The position numbers were made by a program, and so were the translations under genes. A DNA stretch of 64,000 nucleotides. It comes from Longimicrobiales bacterium (GTDB taxonomy: Bacteria > Gemmatimonadota > Gemmatimonadetes > Longimicrobiales > Gaopeijiaceae). The DNA lies in assembly GCA_965219445.1 (NCBI GenBank), contig CBDCNQ010000003.1, positions 128,001-192,000 of the forward strand. The letters run 5' to 3'. Every line of letters starts with the position of its first letter. Within the stretch, counting starts at the first letter, position 1. Below are positions 50,547-59,796 of this stretch, one piece after another. Under the pieces are notes generated by a model that ran no database searches, had not been told where the DNA came from, and was given only the letters and a program-made list of their open reading frames with translations.

Positions 50547-51680
50547 TCAGCGCTGCGGCATGGACTTGATGAACGCGCCCCCTCCGGAGACGACCGCCCC
50601 GTAAACGTTCCCGGCCGCGTCCACGGCCACTCCCTCGGGGTTCGAGTCGTCTGGATAGGCTTGGACCCTGCCGGCGATCCGGTAGCGAACGATGCCGTCC
50701 CTCAGGCTCCCGACGCGGACTCCGTTGGCCCACCCAGGGTTGTTCCCGCCCTCGAAGTCCGACTCTGAGTCCGCCACGTAGAGCATGTCGTTGTCGTCCA
50801 CGTAGATGCCGCTCGGGCGACCGAACTGGCGAAGCTCCCCGATGTACGTCCCGTCCCGCTGGAGGATCTGGATTCGGTTGTTCCCGCGGTCCCCGACGAT
50901 CAGGCGTCCCTGCGAGTCGATGTCGATGGCGTGGGGCGTACGGAACTCACCGGGTGCGGCACCCAGCCGACCGATGGTGCGGAGGAACCGACCGTTCCGG
51001 TCGAAGACCGCGATCCGGGCAACGGTCGACGCCGGCGTCCCGAAGTTCTGACCTTCGTGCCCGTCGGCGACATAGATGGTCCCGTCCTCATCCGTCACCA
51101 CGTCGTTCGGCGTGTTCAGCCGCCCGTCCGTTCCGTCTCCGCCGACGCCGGGGGTGCCGACCGTGAGCAGCAGCTGTCCCTGGGGGCTGAACTTATAGAC
51201 CGCGTGCCCCTTCCGGGCCGTAGTGGGGTCGTCCGGGTCCGGTCCCCGGGCGTCGGTTACCCAGACGTTCCCGTCGTCATCGGCGTAGAGCCCGTGCGGG
51301 AAGAGGGTCATCCCCCCTCCGAGGCTCGCGACCACGTTCCCCTGAGGATCGATCTTGAGGATCGGGTCTACATCCGTTTCCGCGCAGGAGTTGGCGCCGC
51401 AACGGTCGATCGCCCAGATGTGGATCCCGTCGGGGTCCACGTGCGCTCCCGCCGTGGATCCCCAGGTGCGACGGTCGGGCAGCCGAACCCAGTTGTCCAC
51501 GGCCGTATAGGGGTTGGGCAGGTCGTTCATGGGCATGATGTTCGGGAGCCGCTCCATGAACTGGCCGGCTTGCGCCGGGTGGACAGCGTCCGCCGCCTGG
51601 GCCGTCGCCGCCGCGGGCACGGCCGCGAGCGCGACCAGCGCCGCCGCGAGAGTCGTGATCCTTCGTGTCAGTGGAGCCAT
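50547..51680 (-). CDS. Secreted NHL-repeat protein, peptidyl-alpha-hydroxyglycine lyase (PAL)-like
   Basis: PHGLYAD.DGNVWVTD; PNDV; YVADGH; FRTPHAI; DRGNNRIQI; RPSG; PEGVAVD. Confidence 0.78.
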   Translation of the reverse strand: MAPLTRRITTLAAALVALAAVPAAATAQAADAVHPAQAGQFMERLPNIMPMNDLPNPYTAVDNWVRLPDRRTWGSTAGAHVDPDGIHIWAIDRCGANSCAETDVDPILKIDPQGNVVASLGGGMTLFPHGLYADDDGNVWVTDARGPDPDDPTTARKGHAVYKFSPQGQLLLTVGTPGVGGDGTDGRLNTPNDVVTDEDGTIYVADGHEGQNFGTPASTVARIAVFDRNGRFLRTIGRLGAAPGEFRTPHAIDIDSQGRLIVGDRGNNRIQILQRDGTYIGELRQFGRPSGIYVDDNDMLYVADSESDFEGGNNPGWANGVRVGSLRDGIVRYRIAGRVQAYPDDSNPEGVAVDAAGNVYGAVVSGGGAFIKSMPQR

Positions 51681-51802
51681 AGCACACCTCCGTTTCGTCA
51701 CTTTCGATAACGCGACCCAAACATGGACATCATAGTACCCGCAGGCCTCCCTGGCCATTGGCGTCGGGGACGTTTCCCGGGGCGACGGCCCGTGGGGGAG
51801 CC

Positions 51803-51973
51803 TTACGTGAGTTCTTCGCCTGGCGTCAGATCCAGAGCCGTCGCCAACTCGCCGGCCTCGCCGGATTCACGCCCACTCCCTACCGAAGCGGCGATGACTC
51901 CTTCGACCAGGGCATCTCCAAGGCCGGCAGCTCCAGCGTCCGTGCCATGGCCATCCAGATCGCTTGGGGTTGG
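51803..51973 (+). pseudogene. Fragment of a different IS110-family transposase
   Basis: EFFAWRQIQSRRQLAGLAGFTPTPYRSGD...GISKAG..RAMAIQIAWGW; no N- or C-terminus. Confidence 0.75.
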
Positions 51974-52245
51974 ACGGGGGTGGCCGTCTCTCAATCAGAA
52001 ACCTGTCGGCGGTTGTCGCTTCGCCGAAAAAAGGAGGAGGACCACAAGGAAGATCAGGATCATCTCCCACATGCCGAGTCCACCGAGTGCCCTGATAAAG
52101 TCGTCCATGCGGCACGATGCCGATGGGCTGCTAGCGATGCAACCTCAGAGTCGAGCGGGCTCGTGCGACCTGAATGAGTTGTACTCAAGAAGGGGGCCTG
52201 GTACCTTACCGACAATGGTTTCGACCTTTCTGGCCACGAGGAATC

Positions 52246-52656
52246 ATGAGAGCACTCGGCTTAGGCGTTGCGCTCGCCGCGTTGCTGGTGTCGGCGCCCA
52301 CGGACGGAGCGGCACAGGCGGACCTCGCGGGAGACTGGGTCTTCGAGATAATGAGCGAGTCCGGCGAGCCCCAGGTTCGCTTGCGAGTCGAAATCGCCAT
52401 CATGCAGGATGGTCAATTGCTGGGGGCGACAGGCCCTGCAGGCCCCAACGAACCCTCCGAGATGACTGGCTCGGTCCAGGGGTCAACTGTCCAGCTTTTC
52501 TGGGCCGCCAACTTTGAGGGGACGCCGGTCGACTTCCGCTTCACCGGCACCGCCACAGAGGATGGGATGTCCGGTTCAGTTGTGGTCGATTTTGGAGAGC
52601 TAGGCGTCGTCTCCCAAAGCAAGTGGACCGCAACAAGAGCTGGACCCTTGGCGTAG
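52246..52656 (+). CDS. Small secreted beta-barrel-like hypothetical protein
   Basis: GAGG RBS; signal peptide; DLAGDW...FTGT...MSG...WTATR. Confidence 0.7.
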   Translation: MRALGLGVALAALLVSAPTDGAAQADLAGDWVFEIMSESGEPQVRLRVEIAIMQDGQLLGATGPAGPNEPSEMTGSVQGSTVQLFWAANFEGTPVDFRFTGTATEDGMSGSVVVDFGELGVVSQSKWTATRAGPLA

Positions 52657-52779
52657 GGGGGTGCGTCTCGCGCCTCCCTGAACGAGAAGACGGCCACCTC
52701 CGAACGATGGGGGGTGGCCGGCTCTCAGATCCGTGTTAGAACCCTCCGAAGCGAATGGAGGGCCCAGCCGTCTCCCCAT

Positions 52780-53064
52780 CAGGGGATCTCGTTGTCCGGA
52801 AAGGCAGAAAATGGTGACGTCCCCGCCGATGATCTCGTCGGGTGTGTCGACGCCGTACATCCTCGCCTGGGCGGGGTTCGCGTAAAGGATCGTGCCAAAG
52901 CCGTCGGCGATGATAACGCCGAGCTGCATCGTTTCCGCCGCCGCCAGCAACTGGTGCAGGACGACTCCGGACGAGTGTGTCGCGAGTTCGGCGCCCTCCG
53001 TGGGCGCGAGTCGTCGCTGCGATTCCACGCGCTCGGTTCCCCGCCCTTCGTGTTGGTCCGTCAT
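52780..53064 (-). pseudogene. PAS-domain fragment (truncated sensor gene)
   Basis: GVIIAD..GTILYANPA..RMYG....EIIG, then degenerates. Confidence 0.55.
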
Positions 53065-53220
53065 GTAATTCGCCCCACGCAAGAACTGTGCGAGAGAGAA
53101 CAGGCGGGAGCGTGACTAGGTTACCCGACTTGCGGCTAAAAAGTGATGCAGCGCACCGAGTTAGTGTGGGACTCAGGCCACAGTATACGGTTTCTTGTCG
53201 GAATCCAACCTCTTATCTCA

Positions 53221-53242
53221 ACGCCTGATAAGCGTGAGGTCG
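53221..53242 (+). repeat. att-like site 4: tRNA-Ile anticodon stem-loop fragment
   Basis: ACGCCTGATAAGCGTGAGGTCG; shares 18 nt with sites 1 and 2 but has a different upstream flank. Confidence 0.7.
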
Positions 53243-53680
53243 CCCTCTCTGCCAACGCGTGACGTTCACTCGCCCCGAGTCGCTGACGTACATGCACCAC
53301 GCACCTCCGTCGGCGCTCGGGGCTCAGAAGTTTCCCTTGGTCGCTTCCTCCAGGATCAGCTTGTCCACCGTCAGGTTCGCCACCGCTCGCTTCAGCCGTG
53401 CGTTCTCCTTCTCCAGCTCCTTGAAGCGTCGAGCTTGATCCACCTTCATCCCCCCGAACTCCTGGCGCCACCGGTAGTACGTCTGCTCGCTGATCCCCAG
53501 CTCCCGGCTCACCATCCCCACCGTTTTGCCGTTCGCCAGACCCACCTCCGCCTCTCTCAATGCCGTGATGATCTGCTCCGGCGTGTGTCGTCTCCTACTC
53601 ATTCTGACCTCCTCCCTGATGGTTGCGACCAAAGCCGCATCCTAACATCAACTTCGGTCTCGGTTCAGGGGGTCACGTCA
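53243..53680 (-). mobile_element. Truncated IS3-family element (left end, orfA 53602-53324, first codons of orfB)
   Basis: TGACGTGACCCCCTGAACC end at 53680; MSRRRHTPEQII...TYYRWR..FGGM...LEKENARLKR...KGNF. Confidence 0.88.
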
Positions 53681-53974
53681 GTCGGCGACCTCGGTCTCCT
53701 CGATGCCAGCGGCACCCGCCTCCTCCTGGTCCTCCACGTCGATGGGGGCTGCAGGCTCCGCTTCGGATTCATCGCCTGGCGCAGCCGTGAGATCCACCTC
53801 GGCGTTGGCGTCCAACTCAGACTCGAGGCCAAGCGCAACAGAGACGTCGACGTGGTGCTCTTCTGCTCCCGCCGACGGCACGGTTGCCGTAGTCTCAGGT
53901 TCCCCCTCTCCACCGAAGAGCGCCGAGATCGAGCGGGCGATCTCGCTGAGTTCTTTGCCGTCTTTTCGAGTCAC
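53678..53974 (-). pseudogene. 5' part of an acidic protein cut by the IS3 end
   Basis: The ORF stop is supplied by the IS terminal TGA. Confidence 0.5.
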
Positions 53975-54260
53975 TCGAGTCCCTTTGGGAGGGCATCAGG
54001 TTAGCCATCTGCAAATGTAGGCCGCGTAGGCCCCATAGGCGAGGGAAACGCAGTGGAGGAAAAGACGAACGCTTGGGAGTCCCTGTTGAGGTGGCGGACC
54101 CTCGGGGAACGGCGGAGCGACGTGGATCGAATGGAATAGCAGGGCGTTGTCGAAAGTCCTGCCACTCCGCTAGAATCTTTCGTACGGGTCGCCACCGACG
54201 GGCGGTGGCACACGGCTGGTCGCGTCTCCTGGCCCCGACCCTTTCCCGAAGAGGAATCAC

Positions 54261-57200
54261 ATGCGGCGTCGCTCGAACGGTCTCTGCCGTTCCCGGCTCA
54301 CGGGGACGCTCAGGGTGCTCGGTGTCTTCGCCATTCTCTCCAACTGGATCGCATCACCCGCTAAATCACAAGTTCCGGCGTCGGATGTCCTCTCAGGCCT
54401 CCCCTACAGGCACATCGGGCCCGTCGGCAACCGGGTGAGCGCCGTAACCGGCGTTCCCGGAGATCTTAACACTTACTACTTCGGTGCCGCGTCGGGGGGA
54501 GTCTTCCGTTCAACGGATGGGGGCCACCACTGGACACCGATTTTCGATGAACAGGACGCCGCCTCGATCGGAGCGATCGCTATCGCGCCTTCCGCCGACA
54601 GCGTCATCTGGGTCGGCACCGGAGAGGCGTTCATCCGTAGTAACGTCTCCATCGGGAACGGCATCTACAGATCGACCGATGGCGGTGATACCTGGGAGCA
54701 CAAGGGCCTTCTGGCGACGGGCAGGATCGGGCGGGTGGTCGTACACCCCACCGATCCCGACATCGTCTACGTGGCGGCCCTCGGCCACCTGTATGGCCCA
54801 CAGGAGGAGAGAGGGATTTTTCGCACGACCGACGGGGGCGACTCGTGGCAACAGGTCCTCTTCGTCGATGAGAACACCGGAGGCGTCGACGTGGTCATGG
54901 ACCCCAACAACCCACGAGTGCTCTTCGCGGCTACCTGGCAGATGTTAATCCGGACCTGGGGCCGTTGGAGCGGGGGTCCCGGAAGTGGGATCTACATGTC
55001 CCGTAATGCCGGTGACAGCTGGGAGCGGCTGGAGGGGCGCGGACTTCCAAGTGGTACGATGGGCAAGATCGGGCTCGCCATGACCCCCTCGGACTCGGAC
55101 CGCATATACGCCCTCATCGAAACGAACTCGAATCGTGACTACGAACCTCTCGAGGAACACGAAGGGGTCCTGTGGCGATCGGACGACGGTGGCTTCAGCT
55201 GGAGCATGGTCAACGCCAACCACACGCTCGCCCAACGTCCTCTCTACTACAGCCGTGTCGTCGCGGCTCCCGACGACGCCGACGAAGTCCACTTTCTCTC
55301 GACACGCTACAGCCGTTCTCTGAACGGCGGCGAGGATTTCACGCTCGGAAACCCCGGCGGTGACAGTCACGACATGTGGATCGATCCGTTCCTCCCCGAT
55401 CGTATGATCGTCGGCCACGACGGAGGTTTGAGCATCTCCACCGATCGGGGTTCGAGCTGGTGGCGACCCAGACTGCCCATCGCACAGATGTACCACGTGA
55501 ATACCGACACACGAATCCCTTATCACGTATACGGAAATCGCCAGGATGGGGCGACCCAGATGGGCCCTAGCAATTCGCTCAGCGGAACGGGGATTTCCAT
55601 CGGCGAGTGGCACCCCGTAGGGGGTTGTGAGACCGGGTTCTCCGTGCCCGACCCTGTGGATCCTAACATCGTGTGGGCCGGCTGTTACGACGGGATCCTC
55701 TCGCGATACGATCACCGGTTGGGGCTGGCCCGCAGAGTGAGCGTGTGGCCGGCCAACGCCGAGGGATGGGCAGCGGGTGAGCTCCGCTACCGCTTCCAAT
55801 GGACCTTTCCGATCCATGTTTCACCGCACGATAACGAGCGCGTCTATGTGGGCAGCCAGCACGTTCACGTGACGACCAACGGTGGCCAGAGCTGGGAGGT
55901 TTTGAGTCCGGATCTCACGACGAACGACAAATCCAAGCAACAACGGACAGGGGGGCTGACGCCGGACGACGCGGGGCCCACCTATGCTGCCGTCCTTTTC
56001 GCCATAGCCGAGTCACCGCAGCAGGAGGGCGTGATCTGGACCGGATCCAACGACGGGCTCGTGCACGTCTCGCTCGACAGGGGAGAGACGTGGACAGACG
56101 TCACGGAGAATATCCCGGACCTCCCGCCGTTCGGCACTGTGTCTAATATCGAGCCGTCTTCGCACGACCCCGGCACAGCCTACCTGACGGTGGACCTCCA
56201 TCAGCTGGGCGACACCGAGCCCTATGTCTACAAAACAACGGATTATGGGGATTCATGGGCGTCGCTGAGCCAGACCATCCCACGCAGCGTGTTCAGCTAT
56301 GCGCACGTCATCCGGGAGGACCCCGTACGGCCGGGCCTCCTCTATCTCGGCACCGAGAACGCGCTCTATGTGTCATGGAATGACGGGGAGAACTGGATCC
56401 GCCTCCGGAACAACCTGCCACCGGCTCCCGTCCATGATCTGACGATCCAGACCCACTTCAACGATCTAGTGGTGGCAACGTATGGCCGGGGCTTTTGGAT
56501 CATGGACGATATCACGCCCCTGCAAGAGCTGAATGAGGAAGTGATGGCCTCGGAGGTACACCTGTTCGCTCCTAGAACGGCTTACCGCTTTCTCATGCGA
56601 CAGGCCTCGCAGAGCCAACCCGAAGATCCCGGCTCCGGAGCAAACCCTGTGTACGGCGCATCAATTTCGTTCTACATCGAGAGTGTCCCGGAGGACGGGG
56701 TACGGCTCGAAATCCAGGACGAAGCCGGTCAGCTCGTACAGCTCCTGGACCCCGGCCCGCTCCGTCCCGGCATCAATCGGGTGCACTGGGATCTTCGGGA
56801 GACGTCCTCCAGCACGCCGAAGCTCAGGACCAGGCCGTTGGAGCACTCCCATGTGGAGTTGCCGGGTGAAGAATGGAGAGCGTTGGACGAGGGTAGCCAA
56901 GTGAAGCCGTTGGCCCCTCCCGGTACGTACACGGTGAGGCTTCGTGCGGCGGGGTTCGATTTGGTGCAGCCTTTAGTGCTCTTGAAGGACCCCAACTCAG
57001 GGGGTAGCGAGCAAGAAATCCAGGAACAAGTGGCCCTGGCGCGGGAGATTCGCGAGGCCGTCGACTCCGTCGTCGCCTTGATCGACGAAATCGAGTGGAT
57101 CCGGGCGCAGACCCAACTCGTGCGGGAACGCAACGTCGACCACGCCGCCGCCGAGGAGATTCGCGAAGCCGGTGAGACTCTGGAAGAGGAACTGATCGAG

Positions 57201-57476
57201 CTGGAGATGCGTCTCTTCGACGTTCGCCTTACCGGCGGTAGCGCGCGCCAAGATACACTCCGCTGGGCGAGGCGTCTTTACGCCCGCCTCACGAGCCTTG
57301 CCGGCTACGTCAGCGGAACGGACGATCGGCCGACAGATCAGGCTCGGGAGGTTTTCGAAATGCTCGGAAGTGAGCTTGGGGACTACCAGCGGCAGATGGT
57401 GGTCATCCGAGAAGACGTCGCCACGTTCAATCGGCTCTTGGATGACCGCGGGATCGATCCGATCGCGGTGAACTAG
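54261..57476 (+). CDS. VPS10/sortilin-like BNR-repeat secreted protein (putative glycosyl hydrolase)
   Basis: RHIGP; multiple S.DGG..W Asp-boxes; RFQWTFPI; LSPDLT; LVVATYGRGFWIMDDI; PPGTYTVRL. Confidence 0.9.
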   Translation: MRRRSNGLCRSRLTGTLRVLGVFAILSNWIASPAKSQVPASDVLSGLPYRHIGPVGNRVSAVTGVPGDLNTYYFGAASGGVFRSTDGGHHWTPIFDEQDAASIGAIAIAPSADSVIWVGTGEAFIRSNVSIGNGIYRSTDGGDTWEHKGLLATGRIGRVVVHPTDPDIVYVAALGHLYGPQEERGIFRTTDGGDSWQQVLFVDENTGGVDVVMDPNNPRVLFAATWQMLIRTWGRWSGGPGSGIYMSRNAGDSWERLEGRGLPSGTMGKIGLAMTPSDSDRIYALIETNSNRDYEPLEEHEGVLWRSDDGGFSWSMVNANHTLAQRPLYYSRVVAAPDDADEVHFLSTRYSRSLNGGEDFTLGNPGGDSHDMWIDPFLPDRMIVGHDGGLSISTDRGSSWWRPRLPIAQMYHVNTDTRIPYHVYGNRQDGATQMGPSNSLSGTGISIGEWHPVGGCETGFSVPDPVDPNIVWAGCYDGILSRYDHRLGLARRVSVWPANAEGWAAGELRYRFQWTFPIHVSPHDNERVYVGSQHVHVTTNGGQSWEVLSPDLTTNDKSKQQRTGGLTPDDAGPTYAAVLFAIAESPQQEGVIWTGSNDGLVHVSLDRGETWTDVTENIPDLPPFGTVSNIEPSSHDPGTAYLTVDLHQLGDTEPYVYKTTDYGDSWASLSQTIPRSVFSYAHVIREDPVRPGLLYLGTENALYVSWNDGENWIRLRNNLPPAPVHDLTIQTHFNDLVVATYGRGFWIMDDITPLQELNEEVMASEVHLFAPRTAYRFLMRQASQSQPEDPGSGANPVYGASISFYIESVPEDGVRLEIQDEAGQLVQLLDPGPLRPGINRVHWDLRETSSSTPKLRTRPLEHSHVELPGEEWRALDEGSQVKPLAPPGTYTVRLRAAGFDLVQPLVLLKDPNSGGSEQEIQEQVALAREIREAVDSVVALIDEIEWIRAQTQLVRERNVDHAAAEEIREAGETLEEELIELEMRLFDVRLTGGSARQDTLRWARRLYARLTSLAGYVSGTDDRPTDQAREVFEMLGSELGDYQRQMVVIREDVATFNRLLDDRGIDPIAVN

Positions 57477-57509
57477 CGTAGCGGGGGTAGCGACTCCTTT
57501 TCTTGCGTG

Positions 57510-57873
57510 TGGAAGGGAGAGGGATCGACGGTCCTCCTCCGGCCAGCGCTTTGCTCGGCTTCGCCGTAAGACCTCCTCTACGGAGGACCACCGCCTCCCC
57601 CTTCACGACGGCTCGGTAGAACCGGACACGGTCGCCGCCACGCTCGGGGGGGGGGATGGTGGGAATGACCTCTCCGCCCAAGCCCAAGCCGAGAGGACTG
57701 TCGGAGGATGATGGGAATACTCGTCCCGCCTCGGCCCTGTAGCCCGGAGAGCGGTCCGTTGCCCCCCAGCCATGCCAACGTGAAGAGGGGTTCATGGTCC
57801 CGCGGAGGACAGTCTGCCGCCGAAGGCGGTAGAGCGAAGCGCTGGCCGGAGCGGGACCGTGAACCCCTCTTCC
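57510..57873. repeat. Two inverted copies of a ~90-95-bp branched palindrome (REP/MITE-like)
   Basis: 57782-57872 folds with a 22-bp outer stem; a degenerate reverse-complement copy lies at ~57510-57606. Confidence 0.7.
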
Positions 57874-57915
57874 ACCCTCTTGCAAAACGCGAGGGCGGGG
57901 GCGCATAGGGGCTCC

Positions 57916-58149
57916 CTAACGCCGCCTGATCAAGAACGAAAGTACTATGCCGGCTGCTATTGCTAAGCCGAGGACGGTCTTCGCGGTTTCACTCAGCCGG
58001 CCCTCGAGTTCTTCGATGGCCTCGCGGCCGGACGGGGCCTCGGGATCCTGCGTGATGTGGATCGCGCAGTAGTCGGAGCCCTCCAGCGCCTTCAGTCGAC
58101 ATGAAGTCCCTTTCTTGGTCGTACCGCTGCACCTTCCCACGTACCTCAC
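57916..58149 (-). CDS. Small C3H zinc-finger-like protein with C-terminal membrane anchor
   Basis: RCSGTTKKGTSC...YCAIH; hydrophobic tail ending RRR; GAGGAG RBS. Confidence 0.7.
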   Translation of the reverse strand: MRYVGRCSGTTKKGTSCRLKALEGSDYCAIHITQDPEAPSGREAIEELEGRLSETAKTVLGLAIAAGIVLSFLIRRR

Positions 58150-58224
58150 CTCCTCAATGTCAGACTACACCTCTTCTTATACGTGTGAGCGCCCAACAGG
58201 ATTCATCCGACACGGCCGGCAATC

Positions 58225-59793
58225 CTATGAGCCGAACTCGATCCCCTGGGCCAACGGCAGTTCCGTGCTCCAATTGACGGTATTGGTCTGTCGCCGCATG
58301 TAGGCTTTCCAGGCGTCTGAGCCGGACTCCCTCCCCCCACCCGTCTCCTTTTCGCCACCGAACGCGCCACCGATTTCGGCGCCGCTGGTCCCGATGTTCA
58401 CGTTGGCGATACCGCAGTCGCTCCCTCGATGTGATAGGAAATATTCCGCTTCTCTTACGTGTTCCGTGAAAATCCCCGATGAAAGGCCCTGGGGGACATC
58501 GTTGTGGAGCTGCATCGCCTCGGTGAGCTCGTCTACCGATTGCTTCCGGGTTGACGACATTTCACCGTACCCGATGATGTAGAGGATCGGAGCGAACGTC
58601 TCTTCCTGGACGATCGCGAAGCTGTTCTTCGCCGACGCGATGCACGGCCTTACATAATGCCCGCCCGGGAACTTCGGACCCTCCAGCGGCTCGCCCCCAT
58701 ACAGGATCTCCCCGCCCTCGTTCCGAACCCGTTCAATCGCACTCCGCAGGTCTTCGACAGCCCCAGAGTTCACGAGGGGACCCATCAGCGTTTCTGCCTC
58801 CAGAGGATTTCCAACGGGGACACCCTCATAGGCGCGCGTGAGCCGCTCCACCAGCTCTTCCCGGACGGATTCATGAACGATGACTCGGCGTGTGCTCGTG
58901 CATCGTTGTCCCGCCGTTCCCACTGAACCGAACAGAATCGCGGGGAACGCCAGATCGAGATCGGCGTGTGCCGTGACGATGACGGCGTTGTTTCCACCGA
59001 GCTCTAGAATCGTGCGCCCGAGCCGCCTGCCCACGACCTCCCCAACCCGGTATCCCACTCGGCAACTTCCGGTCGCCGACACCAGGGGAATCCTTCGATC
59101 GTGGAGGAGCCGGTCCCCGACCGTCGATCCCCTCCCTACTGCCAGCGAAAAAATGGCCGGGTCGACCCCATTATCTTCGCAAACCCCCTGGGCGATCTTG
59201 GTAACCGCGATGGCCGTCAGAGGCGTTTGGCTGGCCGGCTTCCATAGCACGGAGTCTCCGCATACGCACGCCAATGCCGCATTCCAGCTCCAAACAGACA
59301 CCGGAAAGTTGAAGGAGCTGATCACCGCCACGACCCCCAGCGGGTGCCACTGCTCCATCATGCGGTGGTCCTGCCGTTCGGAGGCGATTGTGAGCCCGTA
59401 CAGCTGACGGGATAGACCCGTGGCGAAGTCACAAATGTCGATCATCTCCTGGACCTCGCCCTCGCCCTCGGCTCTGATCTTCCCCATCTCGAGGGTAACG
59501 AGCGCGCCCAACTCGACCTTGACCTCGCGCAGCCGTTCTCCAATCTGGCGGACCAGGTCTCCACGGCGGGGAGCCGGCACCCCGCGCCAATGCAAGAACG
59601 CCTCGTGAGCGCGGGAGACGGTGGCGTCGTATTCCTCTTCGGTGACCTGCTGCACCGTGGCGAGCTGCGATCCGTCGATCGGGGTCGTGACTGCCAGCTC
59701 GGGGCCGGAGCCCACCCATTCCCCGCAGAATCCCCCGAGGTTGCACTCCTCGATACCCAGGGCGGTCAATATCTCATTCATCGATCTTCCCAT
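58225..59793 (-). CDS. Aldehyde dehydrogenase family 7 (alpha-aminoadipate semialdehyde/piperideine-6-carboxylate DH-like)
   Basis: GEVQEMIDIC; FNFP; LELGGNNA; GTAGQRCT; ETFAP; GAEIGGAFGGEKETGGGRESGSDAWK.Y. Confidence 0.93.
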   Translation of the reverse strand: MGRSMNEILTALGIEECNLGGFCGEWVGSGPELAVTTPIDGSQLATVQQVTEEEYDATVSRAHEAFLHWRGVPAPRRGDLVRQIGERLREVKVELGALVTLEMGKIRAEGEGEVQEMIDICDFATGLSRQLYGLTIASERQDHRMMEQWHPLGVVAVISSFNFPVSVWSWNAALACVCGDSVLWKPASQTPLTAIAVTKIAQGVCEDNGVDPAIFSLAVGRGSTVGDRLLHDRRIPLVSATGSCRVGYRVGEVVGRRLGRTILELGGNNAVIVTAHADLDLAFPAILFGSVGTAGQRCTSTRRVIVHESVREELVERLTRAYEGVPVGNPLEAETLMGPLVNSGAVEDLRSAIERVRNEGGEILYGGEPLEGPKFPGGHYVRPCIASAKNSFAIVQEETFAPILYIIGYGEMSSTRKQSVDELTEAMQLHNDVPQGLSSGIFTEHVREAEYFLSHRGSDCGIANVNIGTSGAEIGGAFGGEKETGGGRESGSDAWKAYMRRQTNTVNWSTELPLAQGIEFGS

Positions 59794-59796
59794 GGT

